Origin: Eledone cirrhosa
Taxonomy: Eukaryota
Direction of reading: 5' to 3'
Assembly: GCA_964016885.1 (NCBI GenBank)
Contig: OZ024742.1
Coordinates: 129,022,001 to 129,086,000 of the forward strand
Length of the DNA: 64,000 bases
Shown piece after piece: positions 40,575-53,078 of this stretch. A program made the position numbers and the translations under genes. The notes beneath the pieces are model-generated. The model was given only the letters and a program-made list of their open reading frames with translations, did not search any database and was not told where the DNA came from. The stretch's first letter is position 1, and every line of letters begins with the position of its first letter.

Positions 40575-43316
40575 TTAGAGACTGCCAGGTGAGTCATCTA
40601 TATTATGTGACTATATATATATATAATATATTAGAGACTGCCAGGTGAGTCATCTATGTTATGTGACAGTATATATATAATATATTAGAGACTGCCAGGT
40701 AAGTCATCTATGTTATGTGACAGTATATATATAATATATTAGAGACTGCCAGGTAAGTCATCTATGTTATGTGACTATATATATAATATATTAGAGACTG
40801 CCAGGTAAGTCATCTATGTTATGTGACAGTATATATAATATATTAGAGACTGCCAGGTGAGTCATCTATGTTATGTGACAGTATATATAATATATTAGAG
40901 ACTGCCAGGTAAGTCATCTATGTTATGTGACAGTATATATAATATATTAGAGACTGCCAGGTAAGTCATCTATGTTATGTGACTATATATATAATATATT
41001 AGAGACTGCCAGGTGAGTCATCTATGTTATGTGACTATATATATAATATATTAGAGACTGCCAGGTAAGTCATCTATGTTATGTGACTATATATATAATA
41101 TATTAGCGACTGCCAGGTAAGTCATCTATGTTATGTGACAGTATATATATAATATATTAGAGACTGCCAGGTGAGTCATCTATGTTATGTGACAGTATAT
41201 ATATAATATATTAGAGACTGCCAGGTAAGTCATCTATGTTATGTGACAGTATATATAATATATTAGAGACTGCCAGGTGAGTCATCTATGTTATGTGACA
41301 GTATATATATAATATATTAGAGACTGACAGGTGAGTCATCTATGTTATGTGACAGTATATATATAATATATTAGAGACTGCCAGGTGAGTCATCTATGTT
41401 ATGTGACAGTATATATATAATATATTAGAGACTGCCAGGTGAGTCATCTATGTTATGTGACAGTATATATATAATATATTAGAGACTGCCAGGTAAGTCA
41501 TCTATGTTATGTGACAGTATATATATAATATATTAGAGACTGCCAGGTGAGTCATCTATGTTATGTGACAGTATATATATAATATATTAGAGACTGCCAG
41601 GTGAGTCATCTATGTTATGTGACAGTATATATATAATATATTAGAGACTGCCAGGTAAGTCATCTATGTTATGTGACTATATATATAATATATTAGCGAA
41701 TGCCAGGTAAGTCATCTATGTTATGTGACAGTATATATATAATATATTAGAGACTGCCAGGTGAGTCATCTATGTTATGTGACAGTATATATATAATATA
41801 TTAGAGACTGCCAGGTAAGTCATCTATGTTATGTGACAGTATATATATAATATATTAGAGACTGCCAGGTGAGTCATCTATGTTATGTGACAGTATATAT
41901 AATATATTAGAGACTGCCAGGTGAGTCATCTATGTTATGTGACTATATATATAATATATTATTGACTGCCAGGTAAGTCATCTATGTTATGTGACTATAT
42001 ATATAATATATTAGAGACTGCCAGGTGAGTCATCTATGTTATGTGACTATATATATATATATAATATATTAGAGACTGCCAGGTGAGTCATCTATGTTAT
42101 GTGACAGTATATATATAATATATTAGAGACTGCCAGGTAAGTCATCTATATTATGTGACTATATATATAATATATTAGAGACTGCCAGGTGAGTCATCTA
42201 TGTTATGTGACAGTATATATATAATATATTAGAGACTGCCAGGTGAGTCATCTATATTATGTGACAGTATATATATAATATATTAGAGACTGCCAGGTGA
42301 GTCATCTATGTTATGTGACAGTATATATATAATATATTAGAGACTGCCAGGTAAGTCATCTATGTTATGTGACAGTATATATATAATATATTAGAGACTG
42401 CCAGGTGAGTCATCTATGTTATGTGACAGTATATATATAATATATTAGAGACTGCCAGGTGAGTCATCTATGTTATGTGACAGTATATATATAATATATT
42501 AGAGACTGCCAGGTGAGTCATGTATGTTATGTGACAGTATATATATAATATATTAGAGACTGCCAGGTGAGTCATCTATGTTATGTGACAGTATATATAT
42601 AATATATTAGAGACTGCCAGGTGAGTCATGTATGTTATGTGACAGTATATATATAATATATTAGAGACTGACAGGTGAGTCATCTATGTTATGTGACAGT
42701 ATATATATAATATATTAGAAACCGCCAGGTGAGTCATCTATGTTATATGACTACATATAGAATATATTAGAGACCGCCAGCTTTAGCTCTTTGCAAATGA
42801 GCTTTATCAGTCAACAGTCTTATTTACACACACACATATATGACTGCATTTAGGTGCATGTGTGTGGAGTTGTGTAAGCTGACCTTGCACTATTAAATCT
42901 TTCAAAGGTGATATTAGAGGATTAACACCGCTGGCGATATGCTCTACTGCAGAAGACCCACATTCCACACAACCTGATACACCTCTCTTATCAAACCCAT
43001 TCATATATAAAAAACTGGACACACCTCACCCCTGCTCTCCCACAATTACATAAAGCACTTAGGCCACACTGTAAGTTGGTTGTGTTGACAACAACAAAAA
43101 GCACATAATCAATGCTGTAATGTGGTTGGCATCAGGAAGGGTATCCAGCCATAGAAACTAAGCCAGAAACAGTACCATATAAGCAAGACACGGTCACCTG
43201 ACCAGACTTATCGCATAATGTGACAACCTGCCTAACCTATGCAAGCATGGAAAATAGATTTCAAATGGTGATATAATATGTAAACACACACAAATATTAT
43301 ATCACCATTTGACGTC

Positions 43317-43382
<66 letters not shown>

Positions 43383-44080
43383 GCATGTGCATATATTCAC
43401 ACAAATATACGTGCATGATATGCAAATGGTCATGCATGTGTGAAAGTTTTCCAGCTGGCATGAGCTGTATAGATTCACATTTACCAGCTTTTCCACAAAA
43501 CCCGATTCCTGTCTGAACCCCCACCATCCTTACATTTACTGTAATTATGTCAGCCTATGTCTGTTAACAATAAGTAATTTCTAGCTTTTTTTTACAAAGT
43601 CATTAATCATCAGTGGCAAGGAGAGCGTGACAGCAGTCTCTATCGATTCTGACTAGCTGAATTTCAATTTAGACCGAAAGGGATGTAACTAAATATCACA
43701 AAGTGTTTTAGACTGTCACTCACCAATCTTCATAAATTTGTTACCAATGGCAATATGGAATGAAATGGAATAGCCCAATGCTGGTTTCAATGACTCAGTC
43801 TTTCAGTTGTGCAATTAATGGAACAGCCTACTTGTGCAATTAATGTGCAAATGGCTGAGCATTCTATTCCACAGACACATGTACCTTTCACATAATTCTC
43901 AGTGATTCAGTAAGACAATGTGGGTAACAATGTCTGTTTCAAAGATAGAATTCATTTATGGAATAAACTTTCATTGGTTTCAACAACGAGTATTCCAATT
44001 GTTCAATCAATGAAACAGCCTGCACATGAAATTAATATGTAAGTGACTAAACATTCCACAGATACATAATTCTCAGAGAG

Positions 44081-45148
44081 TTTACATGTGGCCGGTGCTC
44101 TGGTGCAATAAGTAGCAGCAAGTGCCCACAAACTACTAGCTCTTTCAATTGCGCAGAGGGTTCTATAGAAATAGTGGACAGCTTCCGTTACCTGGGCGAT
44201 AAAATCAGCAGTGGGGGAGGGTGCTCTGAAAGTACTGTAGCTAGAGTCAGAACTGGTTGGAAAAAGTTCAGAGAGCTTATACCACTATTAGCTGCTAAAG
44301 GGTTCTCACTAAAAATGAAAGGCAGGTTGTACGATGCCTGCATACGAACAGCAATGCTGCATGGCAGTGAGACCTGGGCATTGTGTGCAGAGGATATACG
44401 CAGACTAGAGAGGAACGAAGCTTGCATGCTCCGCTGGATGTGTAACAGTAATATACGTGAACGGCAAAGCATAAACGAACTAAGGAATAAATTAGAGATA
44501 AGAGGGATCAGATGTTGTTTACTCGAGAGAAGGCTACGTTGGTATGGACACGTGATGCGCATGAAAGTCGATAGCTGTATAACAAAGTGCAGGGCAATAA
44601 AGATAGACGGTAGTCACGGAATAGGCAGACCTAGAAAAACCTGGGACGAGCTGATAAACTCCGACATCACACACTTACACCTCTCCAAGACAATGTCACT
44701 GGACCGAGACCTTTGGCGGTACTCAGTAACAGAGAAGACCCGCCTTACCTAAATATATAGTAAAACCTACTCCAGCCAGTAGGCATCTCTAACAAAATAC
44801 ACCCCGTCCCACCACCCCCACCCCCACCCGATCCACACCACCCCGTTCTATGTAAAGTTATGTTGGTGCCGCGCCATCGAGGCCGAAACAAATGAGATCG
44901 TGTAGGTGTCACGACAAAAAAACACACAGTCCACGCTGTAATGTGGCCGTGTAGGCAACACGGTAAAAACCTCCCAGACCCACACTGTAAATGTGGTTGG
45001 TGTTAGGAAGGGCATCCAACTGTAGAAAACCTGCCAGACAGTCCTATGCGAGCAAGACAATCACTCTTGCCTCAAGTGGGACTACCCCCGTCCAAACCCA
45101 TGCAAGCGTGGAACACGGACGTTAAACGATGATGATGATGATGATGAT
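44081..45148 (+). mobile_element. 5'-truncated RTE-clade LINE with open C-terminal ORF fragment, 3'UTR and (GAT)n tail
   Basis: ORF 44174..44752 (FRYLGDKIS..AMLHGSETW..RRLRWYGHVMRM..GRPRKTW) is a typical RTE C-terminus; (GAT)7 tail; flanks rejoin into a SINE-like host. Confidence 0.9.
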
Positions 45149-47175
45149 TCAGTGTGACACAGTGTGTGACAAAGTTAGTCCTTTGAATTACATGTACAGT
45201 CCATCCAATGGGTTTCCAAACAGTTTCTGTTAAACACAATTTCACTCATAAGAGATGGGTTGATCTGAGACTATGGTAAATGACACTTGCCCAAGATGCC
45301 ATACACTGGGATTGAACCCAGAACAATGATTGCAGAGCAAATTCCTTAATCATTCAGACATGCTGCATCCACATCTAATAGTAAAACAGTTAAAGAAGTG
45401 AAATTCCTGCAGGACTTGAAAGAAAGAAAAATGACTGATATTATAGAGTGCTATTTAAGAGAATATATGACAGAAATACATTTCTTTTTGTAATTTTTTC
45501 AAATTTCATTTACATAAAATACACTGTATGGTGGTAGTGTGGTGCCACAATAAAATGCACCCAGTACACTCTAAAGTGGTTGGAATTATGTAGAAAACCA
45601 TGCCTAAAATGAAACGTATGAGCAAAATGCGTTTCCCTGACACACAAAGGTTTTGTCCCATGATAACCCATTCAATCCCTACCCACATGGAAAACAAACA
45701 GATGTATGATGATGATGATAAGTGATAGTAGTTGCTTAAAATTCTCTTCAACTTTAACCTGTATTCTCTACCTGCTGGGTTATCTTTATAAATAACCCCT
45801 AATTTTTGGTTTTTCAATGCATCATTGTTCATTCACTAACCTATTCCTTCAGTTATAGATCTAATACAATTGTTCTATGCCTGTCTTCCAGAGATCTAAC
45901 TGCAACTTATAGTTTCCAATTTGCTGTGTTCAACACCTTTTTGTGACAATTTATCAAGAAAAGTCAGTTTGTTGATGTAGATACATTTTATGAATTATTG
46001 AAACACTGGGAGATTGAAATATGAAAATTTAGAAAATGTGAGAATCCCTTTTCTTCTTTGGCCACTTATTCCTGGAGATCAGCAAAGTATTCTCTTCACC
46101 TCGCGAGGATGCACCTCTCGAAGAGAAGAGTATCCCAATTGCAGAAATTTACTCTAAAAACGATGGCAAACAATTGACAAGATCCCAAACCTCACTTGTT
46201 TACCGAGTGGGGCTGGAACTCATCAGATTGGATCAAGAAAATAATGCTTCCTTGGTTTTTCCAATTGCTGATACTATCTACTGGTCGCAAATTCTGACAG
46301 AAGGAGCCATGGGAAATAAAGTATCTTGCTCAAGGACATAATGCATCACCCAGCCCGGGAGTTGAACTCACAACCTCCCAATTGTGAATCTAACTCTCTA
46401 ACCACTAAGCCACATGCCTTCAGTAATAACAGTTGATCAATATTAGCAGTCACTTTTTTCCATTTCTAAGGAAATTTCCTTGATTTTCTTAATAGTGTCC
46501 AACTGTTATTACAGTTATTTTCAACATTTGTGGTTCTCACATTTTCTAAATGTAGATATATTTGTAATTACATTGTGGAAGAGTTATTCTAGACATTAAA
46601 AAACACAGACATACAAAAAAAAAAAAAAATTGACTGAAAGGTTTCAAAAAGCCAGTACAATACAGTAGAAATATATAAAGGGCAAAGGATGACAAATAAA
46701 ACAAAACAAAGTAATGTTTTATTTCAACATGATATTTCAGAGCTATAACCCTCTTTTCAAATGTTAAATGGTTCAAAGCAAAAGCGTATAATCAATGTGT
46801 TCTTCCCCAACTGGTCTACGTGTATGAAATACGTATGTATGCAGTCATTATAGTAGCCAATCTGCTTCATACATTTCCAATCTATTGTTTATTTATGGCT
46901 TTTTCTTGATGATTAAATTCTCTTTACACTTATCAATTATGCCTTGTTGTCAAAAAGTTTGTTCCTCTGTTTGTGACCTGGTCACTGACATAATAACACT
47001 GCAACTGATTTGAAACTTACTTGCTGGTGACTTATTTTTGTTTTTGGCTTTTGAACGGCTAAAATGTCTCTTTCGTGATGTAATTGCTTTAATTTCAATG
47101 CATGGTCTCAGATCAAGTCACTTGCCAAACAAGTATAACCTGGATATATTTGAACCCATCCCATTATTTATTATC

Positions 47176-47386
47176 TTAACCCTTTAGCATTTGCATTACT
47201 CTATATATACTATTATATTTTCATAGTAAAGGCTTTACCTCACATAATATCAAATTTATGAGATTTTGATATTTATTTAAGAACAATACTTTAACATTGG
47301 TATGAGTGGCCAGTTATAACCAGTTTGAACAGAAGATGTGAGAGAATTCTGGCCAGATATGGCTGGTTTGAATGCTAAAGGGTTAA
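47176..47386. mobile_element. Family A MITE, reverse orientation
   Basis: TTAA CCCTTTAGCATTT...AATGCTAAAGGG TTAA; interior is the reverse complement of 7208-7436. A shorter reverse copy lies at 12124-12270. Confidence 0.8.
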
Positions 47387-47619
47387 ACCCAACTACCCCC
47401 ATCTTTTGGTATTTTGACATGGAAGTATGTTTCTAAGTTTATAACTCATTCAGATATTTAGGTTCTTTCATGAGAACTAAGTTTCTGACACATGAAAGCT
47501 GTTACAGTAATGCTCAGTAGAATTGCTTTATGACCTCACAACAACTTATCACAGTTTTCTAACAAGTTGGATGCCAATCTACCACAAGTTATTGGAAATT
47601 TCTCTGGCAAAACTAAAGC

Positions 47620-47827
47620 TTAACCCTTTAATGTTCAAACCGGCCAAAATTCTCTACCTCTTTCTGTTGAAACTGGTCGCTCAAACTGATGTTAAGGTAT
47701 TGTTCTCAAAATAAATACTTTCAAAATCTCATAGATTCGATATTATACGAGATAATTATGTGAGGTAAAGCCTTTACCATGAAAATATAATAGTATATAT
47801 AGAGTAATGTAAATGCTAAAGGATTAA
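47620..47827. mobile_element. Family A MITE, forward orientation
   Basis: TTAA CCCTTTAATGTTC...AAATGCTAAAGGA TTAA. Confidence 0.78.
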
Positions 47828-50407
47828 AGTTGTGAGTCAACAAATTGTCATGCTAAACATCTAGTTATTCAACATTCCTCCTTGGCAGTATTTGAGCTGC
47901 AGAAATATAATTTCCAAAATTTGTTATAAGTAGACATCAATTTTGCTAATCTTATTCACCCCTACCATTACCACCACGACCACCACTAAAACCCAAAACA
48001 TCACCACTATCATGATTTTATACCTGCCTCCCATGCTGGCATGAGTTGGACACATTGTCATAGTTTGAGATTAGACGCATCAGAAAGACATCATCTGGCT
48101 AATATGTTCCATATTTAGCATGATATTTATAGCTGGATGCCCTTCGCAACACCAAGCACTTCACAAGATGAACTGGGTGCATTTTATTGTGGTACCAGCA
48201 TTACTGCTTTACAAAGTGTACTGCATGTATTTTATCATGGCACTAGCACTAGAAAGGTTGATTTGTACATGGTTGGCTGAATGAAATTTAGAAGAAAAGA
48301 CCTAGACTCTTTCATAAGATACTGTTACTTGTATGGGGACAGTTCTGTTCACATTTGAGTGAATCTGTAAAGACAAAATCATGGAAAAACCCCACAAGGC
48401 AGTTGGTGATCCCTGGCTGTAGTTTGTCATGTCTACAGCTGTTAGATATTTCGCTAAATAAAATCATTTAAAACACATATGAGCAAGTCATGGATGGTAT
48501 CTGGAAACAGGGAAATAACTAAGAAGAGTGCTTTGAAAAACCCATACCAAAATATTGTTTGACAATGAGTAAAAAATATATGAGTGTAGTCCAAGTGAAA
48601 TAGTGATGTTTAAAAAACTGGCATTTCTAATGTAATGGTTGGCACAAAAAATTGAATAGTTAGATGGTGAACTTTTAAAGAAATAGAATGAACCAGTGTG
48701 CAACATGAAGGACAGTTTGACTCTAATAGATGACAATTATTATGAGAACAACAGTGATGAGAAGGAATTTTAAAAATGTTGTGGTGTTGACTGATTATAG
48801 ATTATCACCAATATTTACGTGGGCTCACAAATCCATTAAGTAGATATAACTGTAATTTCAGTAAAGTTTATTAAAATCAATTCCTAAATGTTTAATTTAT
48901 TCTAATGCAGTCTCATGAGTTTATATATGTTGTGCACATTCCACATGTTCACAACACACACACAAACATATATATATATATATACAGGTCTTTAATGGTT
49001 GGTTATGTGCTTAATGGTCATTAGATACTGCATATATTGTTAGTCAATAAGGAGTGGTGATTTAAAAGTACAGGTTAGTTTAGGCATAGATCTGAGGAAC
49101 ACACTACGATATCTACAATTTCAGAACTTTGATAGTCTGTATTGGCAATAAAGGGGATCATTTAAATTAAATGTGTTTATTATTTAAATGCAATTGCAGA
49201 CGAGATACCAGTCACACAGAAAATAGAATGGGGGTGTAATGATACAGTATATAACCATTAAAGTTATGAGATAAATCTGGAAAGATTGAAAGAAAGGTGG
49301 AGGAGGGGAGAATAACAAAATGTCAGGTATCGAGAATCGAAGCTAGACATAAAACAGAAAGAATGAGATTTGCCAATGTTTTCTAACAAGATGATCAGAA
49401 GTGGTGGGAAAATGTTTGGTTTTACAGCGGCACACGTACTTTCACTGACACCAAGAAAAATCAGACTTGGAATTTTTACGAGGAACAATTAGTGGATGTG
49501 GAGAATGCATGGGAAAAAGAGAGACTACCTCAATTTAAATCCAATGGAAGGATCAGCTATTTAAGTTGGCATCTGTACAGTGAAAACTAAGATCAAGGAT
49601 ATATAGGCAGAGAAAGCAGCTGGACCATCTCTGCTTATATATCTTCAATCATACTTTTGACTGTATTTGTGACTATCATTGGGATACTGAAAATATTGGT
49701 GCAATAGGGCATGTACTAGTAATTATTTTAATAGTATCTGGAGGTGTGACACCCAACTACTGGCATGTCGATGTCATCATTAACTAATAGAAAGGTAAGG
49801 AGAGGCTCTAGAAAGAAGCAACTACAGAGGTATCAAATTGATGTACTATGTTATGAAGGAAACAGAAAGTCTTATAGCACAACTAATTAGGAAAAGAATA
49901 AGATTAGAAGAGATACTATTGAGGTTTATATCAAGCCAGGTTACCATCAATGTCCTCTTCCTAATAAGACAACTGCAAGAGAAGTCTTAAGCTAAGAGTA
50001 AGCCAAATTGCCTAATATTCAGGGAATGAGAGGAATCAAGTGTAATGGGCATATAAGAAGACTGCACATGTATGAACATGTGATTCATATGGATAAAGAA
50101 ATGCCATGTGATTGAAGTAAAAGGAACCTATGGAAGGTGGAAGACTGAGGAAAACATGGGAAGAAATCAAAGGAGATGATCAGATCAAGAGGCAAGCCAC
50201 AGTTCTGAAGAAAATTCAAACTTATACTTACATAGAAAAAATGGTGGCAATCACATACATAAACACACACGACACGACACACACACACACACAGACACGC
50301 ATGTACAGACAGACAGATACATGCACACACACACACACACACACACAAAGACACACATACATACTGATAAAAGGCTGCATTAAAAGCAAGATATATTTTA
50401 GTATTAC

Positions 50408-50522
50408 CTGTGGATAGGAAAGGGGTCGTAGACGGTCATAGTCCTCTTGACCTGCTGTATCCCAGAGGCCCAAGCTCACTGGTATCAGATCAACCATCAT
50501 GTTGGCTGTGTAATTATCAAAT
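50408..50522 (-). CDS. Mtl: Mtl-like GTPase coding exon 2 (switch I end, switch II)
   Basis: Acceptor TTTTTCAG; encodes (V)[38 protein letters not shown]; donor GTAATA. Confidence 0.96.
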
Positions 50523-51708
50523 CTGAAAAAGTAATAAAAAAATATATATATACTTAATTATTGATAATACATTGTCCAATTAACAAATCACTCAGTGAAG
50601 ATGTTTCTTAAAAGGTGAAATGGCTGAATGGATAGTGTTATTGGCTTACTGGCTTAACAAGAAGGACTACTTCAATTTAAACCCACTGGAAGGACCAGCT
50701 ATTTAAGTTGGCAGCTATAGTAGGTATTAAGCTCAAATCTACCCGAGAAGTTTTATGTTATTTAACATCACTGGTCTTAATCTTTTGGGGAAGTTGCATA
50801 AGATATACTCATGGCATTTCTAGTTGTCTGGCAATTTATGTCAACCAGCAAACAACTTGATGTCTTTTCAAGAATATCTTTCATTAGCAAAACATTCTTG
50901 AAAATGATTACTATACTTTTGTAAGAAATTCGGTGTCAGAGTTATTAGAACGTTGGATAGAATGCTTTATGGTATTCGTTCTGACTCTCTGCTTTCTGAG
51001 TGCAAATCCAACCGAGGTCAACTTTGCCTTTCATCATTTCGAGGTTGATTAAAAAAAGTACCAGTCCAGTACTGGGGGTCGATCTTTCCTTTCTCTGGAA
51101 GAAATCTGCTGTACTCAGGCCTTGAGAGGGGTGGGCTCTGCCAGGCTTAAAATGCTCAAGAAACACCGTATGTCAATACGGCTCCCCTACAACTATCAGG
51201 AGTTACAGGACTATACATACATATGCATAGCATATCAAGAAAACAACTTAGAGATTGTTACCTCTATTCAAAGTTCTTAGTTTGCTTGATATTTTTGATA
51301 GATCAGTATAAAACATATACAAGAAAATGTCACATGGTCAAAATCCAACACTTTTAATGCCAGAAAAAACCCAACATATTTTTAATGCTTGTATTTTCTT
51401 TTTACTTTATTTTTATTTTTTTATTAAAAGAAACACATTTTATCTTATTTATTCATCTATTTCTTATTGAAGGAATTTGTTCTACATGCCATCTATCTTA
51501 TTTTTTTAAATTTCTTTTTTTTTTATTTTGACATTTCAAACTATCTCAGCTATTTTGGTGTTTAAAGACTTCATATAATATCACTTTCTAAATTAAGTTG
51601 TTAACTATCTTTTCCTTCCATCTCTGACCATGGTAGCATATGTACTTCCTTTCAACCCCACACACTCCCACTATTTGCCCCCATGAAATCAGTCTCAAAA
51701 GAAGTTAC

Positions 51709-51746
<38 letters not shown>

Positions 51747-52761
51747 TCCTATGCATTAGTGAAGTTAGTGATCAACTTGATGGAAAAACCTGTGACATGT
51801 TGAAAGAGCAGAATTACAACCAGGCTAGTGAGGGACGGACTGTTGCGATATCTGATTTATCCTGTCTGTCTGTGTGTGTACATCATCATCATTACTATTT
51901 TATGTTCATTTTTGGCACTGGCATTTATATACACAGAATTACAACTAAGTTAGTAAGAGATGGAGTGTTGTGATATCTGATTTATCATAAATGCATACAT
52001 GTGTGTGTGTGTGTTATTATCATTAACAGTGTTGATGGTTGTGAGAAAGGGGTACTCAGTACCCCAGTTAAGATTAATACTTGACTTAATAAAGCCAAGT
52101 TTCAGGCTTGTTACTCTGGAGTTGCTCCTGTGTATTTATAGGGTCATTAGACAAAAAAAGACCTCTGTCCACTTTTTTCAATCTTTAAGGATATTTTACC
52201 AGATTTTCTCAACTATTATTTAAAATGATTGACTTATTACTATGATCTTTTGCATTTGGGATGCTCACATTTCCAAATTTAAAACTCTCCCAATGCTTTG
52301 TACATCATAAACTTCCCCCCACCATATTGTGTTTCCAACATACTTAATTCACCTTTGTTGCCCAAAACGTGTCAGCATGGAAGAAAAATGTATTTCCACT
52401 CACACTCCTGTTTCACTTCACTTGTCCAATCCATGCTAACATGGAATGTCAAGCACACCTCACTTCAAGGCCAACTCCATGACCTGATGCTTCCTCTTCC
52501 ATGGTGGTTTGATTTCCCCACCTCCCATCAATACTGTCCCAGTGCTGCTGGTATGATGGAAAGCACCCAGTCGACCCGGTGAGGTGGTAGTGATGGAGTC
52601 ATGATAAAATGTTCTCAGTATACACCGTAAAGTGGTTAATATTAGAAAGTATATATTGCCATAGAAACCAAACTAAAAACAGAGTGTATGAGCAGGACAT
52701 GGTCACCTGGCTAGTTTAGCCTCAGTACACCGCAACACAGAAAATAGACATTGGTGATTAG

Positions 52762-52828
<67 letters not shown>

Positions 52829-52889
52829 GGTAGGTAATTCCGAAGGAAGAGCAAAGGAAAAAAGAGTGCTCTATGTATAGAACAGAGCT

Positions 52890-53078
52890 ATTTAATTAGA
52901 AAGTGAACAGTACAAAATATAACTACTCCATTACCAAAGGTTTCTGGATCACAGACGATAATAATATACGTCTGGATCGTTCGTCAGACAATTCAGACGT
53001 ATATTATTATCGTCTGTGATCCAGAAACCTTTGGTAATGGAGTAGTTATATTTTGTGTTGTTCAATTTCTAATTAAAT
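52890..53078. repeat. Long inverted repeat (85-bp arms, 3 mismatches, 19-bp spacer)
   Basis: 52890-52974 is the reverse complement of 52994-53078. Confidence 0.95.

Larger units (their letters stand above)
30974..42780. repeat. 54-bp (52-bp variants) satellite, ~185 monomers, interrupted by two Helitron copies (intron 2)
   Basis: Unit AGAGACTGCCAGGT(G/A)AGTCATCTATGTTATGTGACAGTATATATATAATATATT; the edge monomers are more divergent. Confidence 0.98.

Noticed and set aside
44174-44752. 192-aa ORF as a host gene
   Set aside because: It is the C-terminal fragment of a 5'-truncated RTE LINE, with a GTG start and no RT core.
48480-49560. Possible old CR1/L2-like LINE remnant on the minus strand
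   Set aside because: Too degraded; no diagnostic motif could be read reliably.
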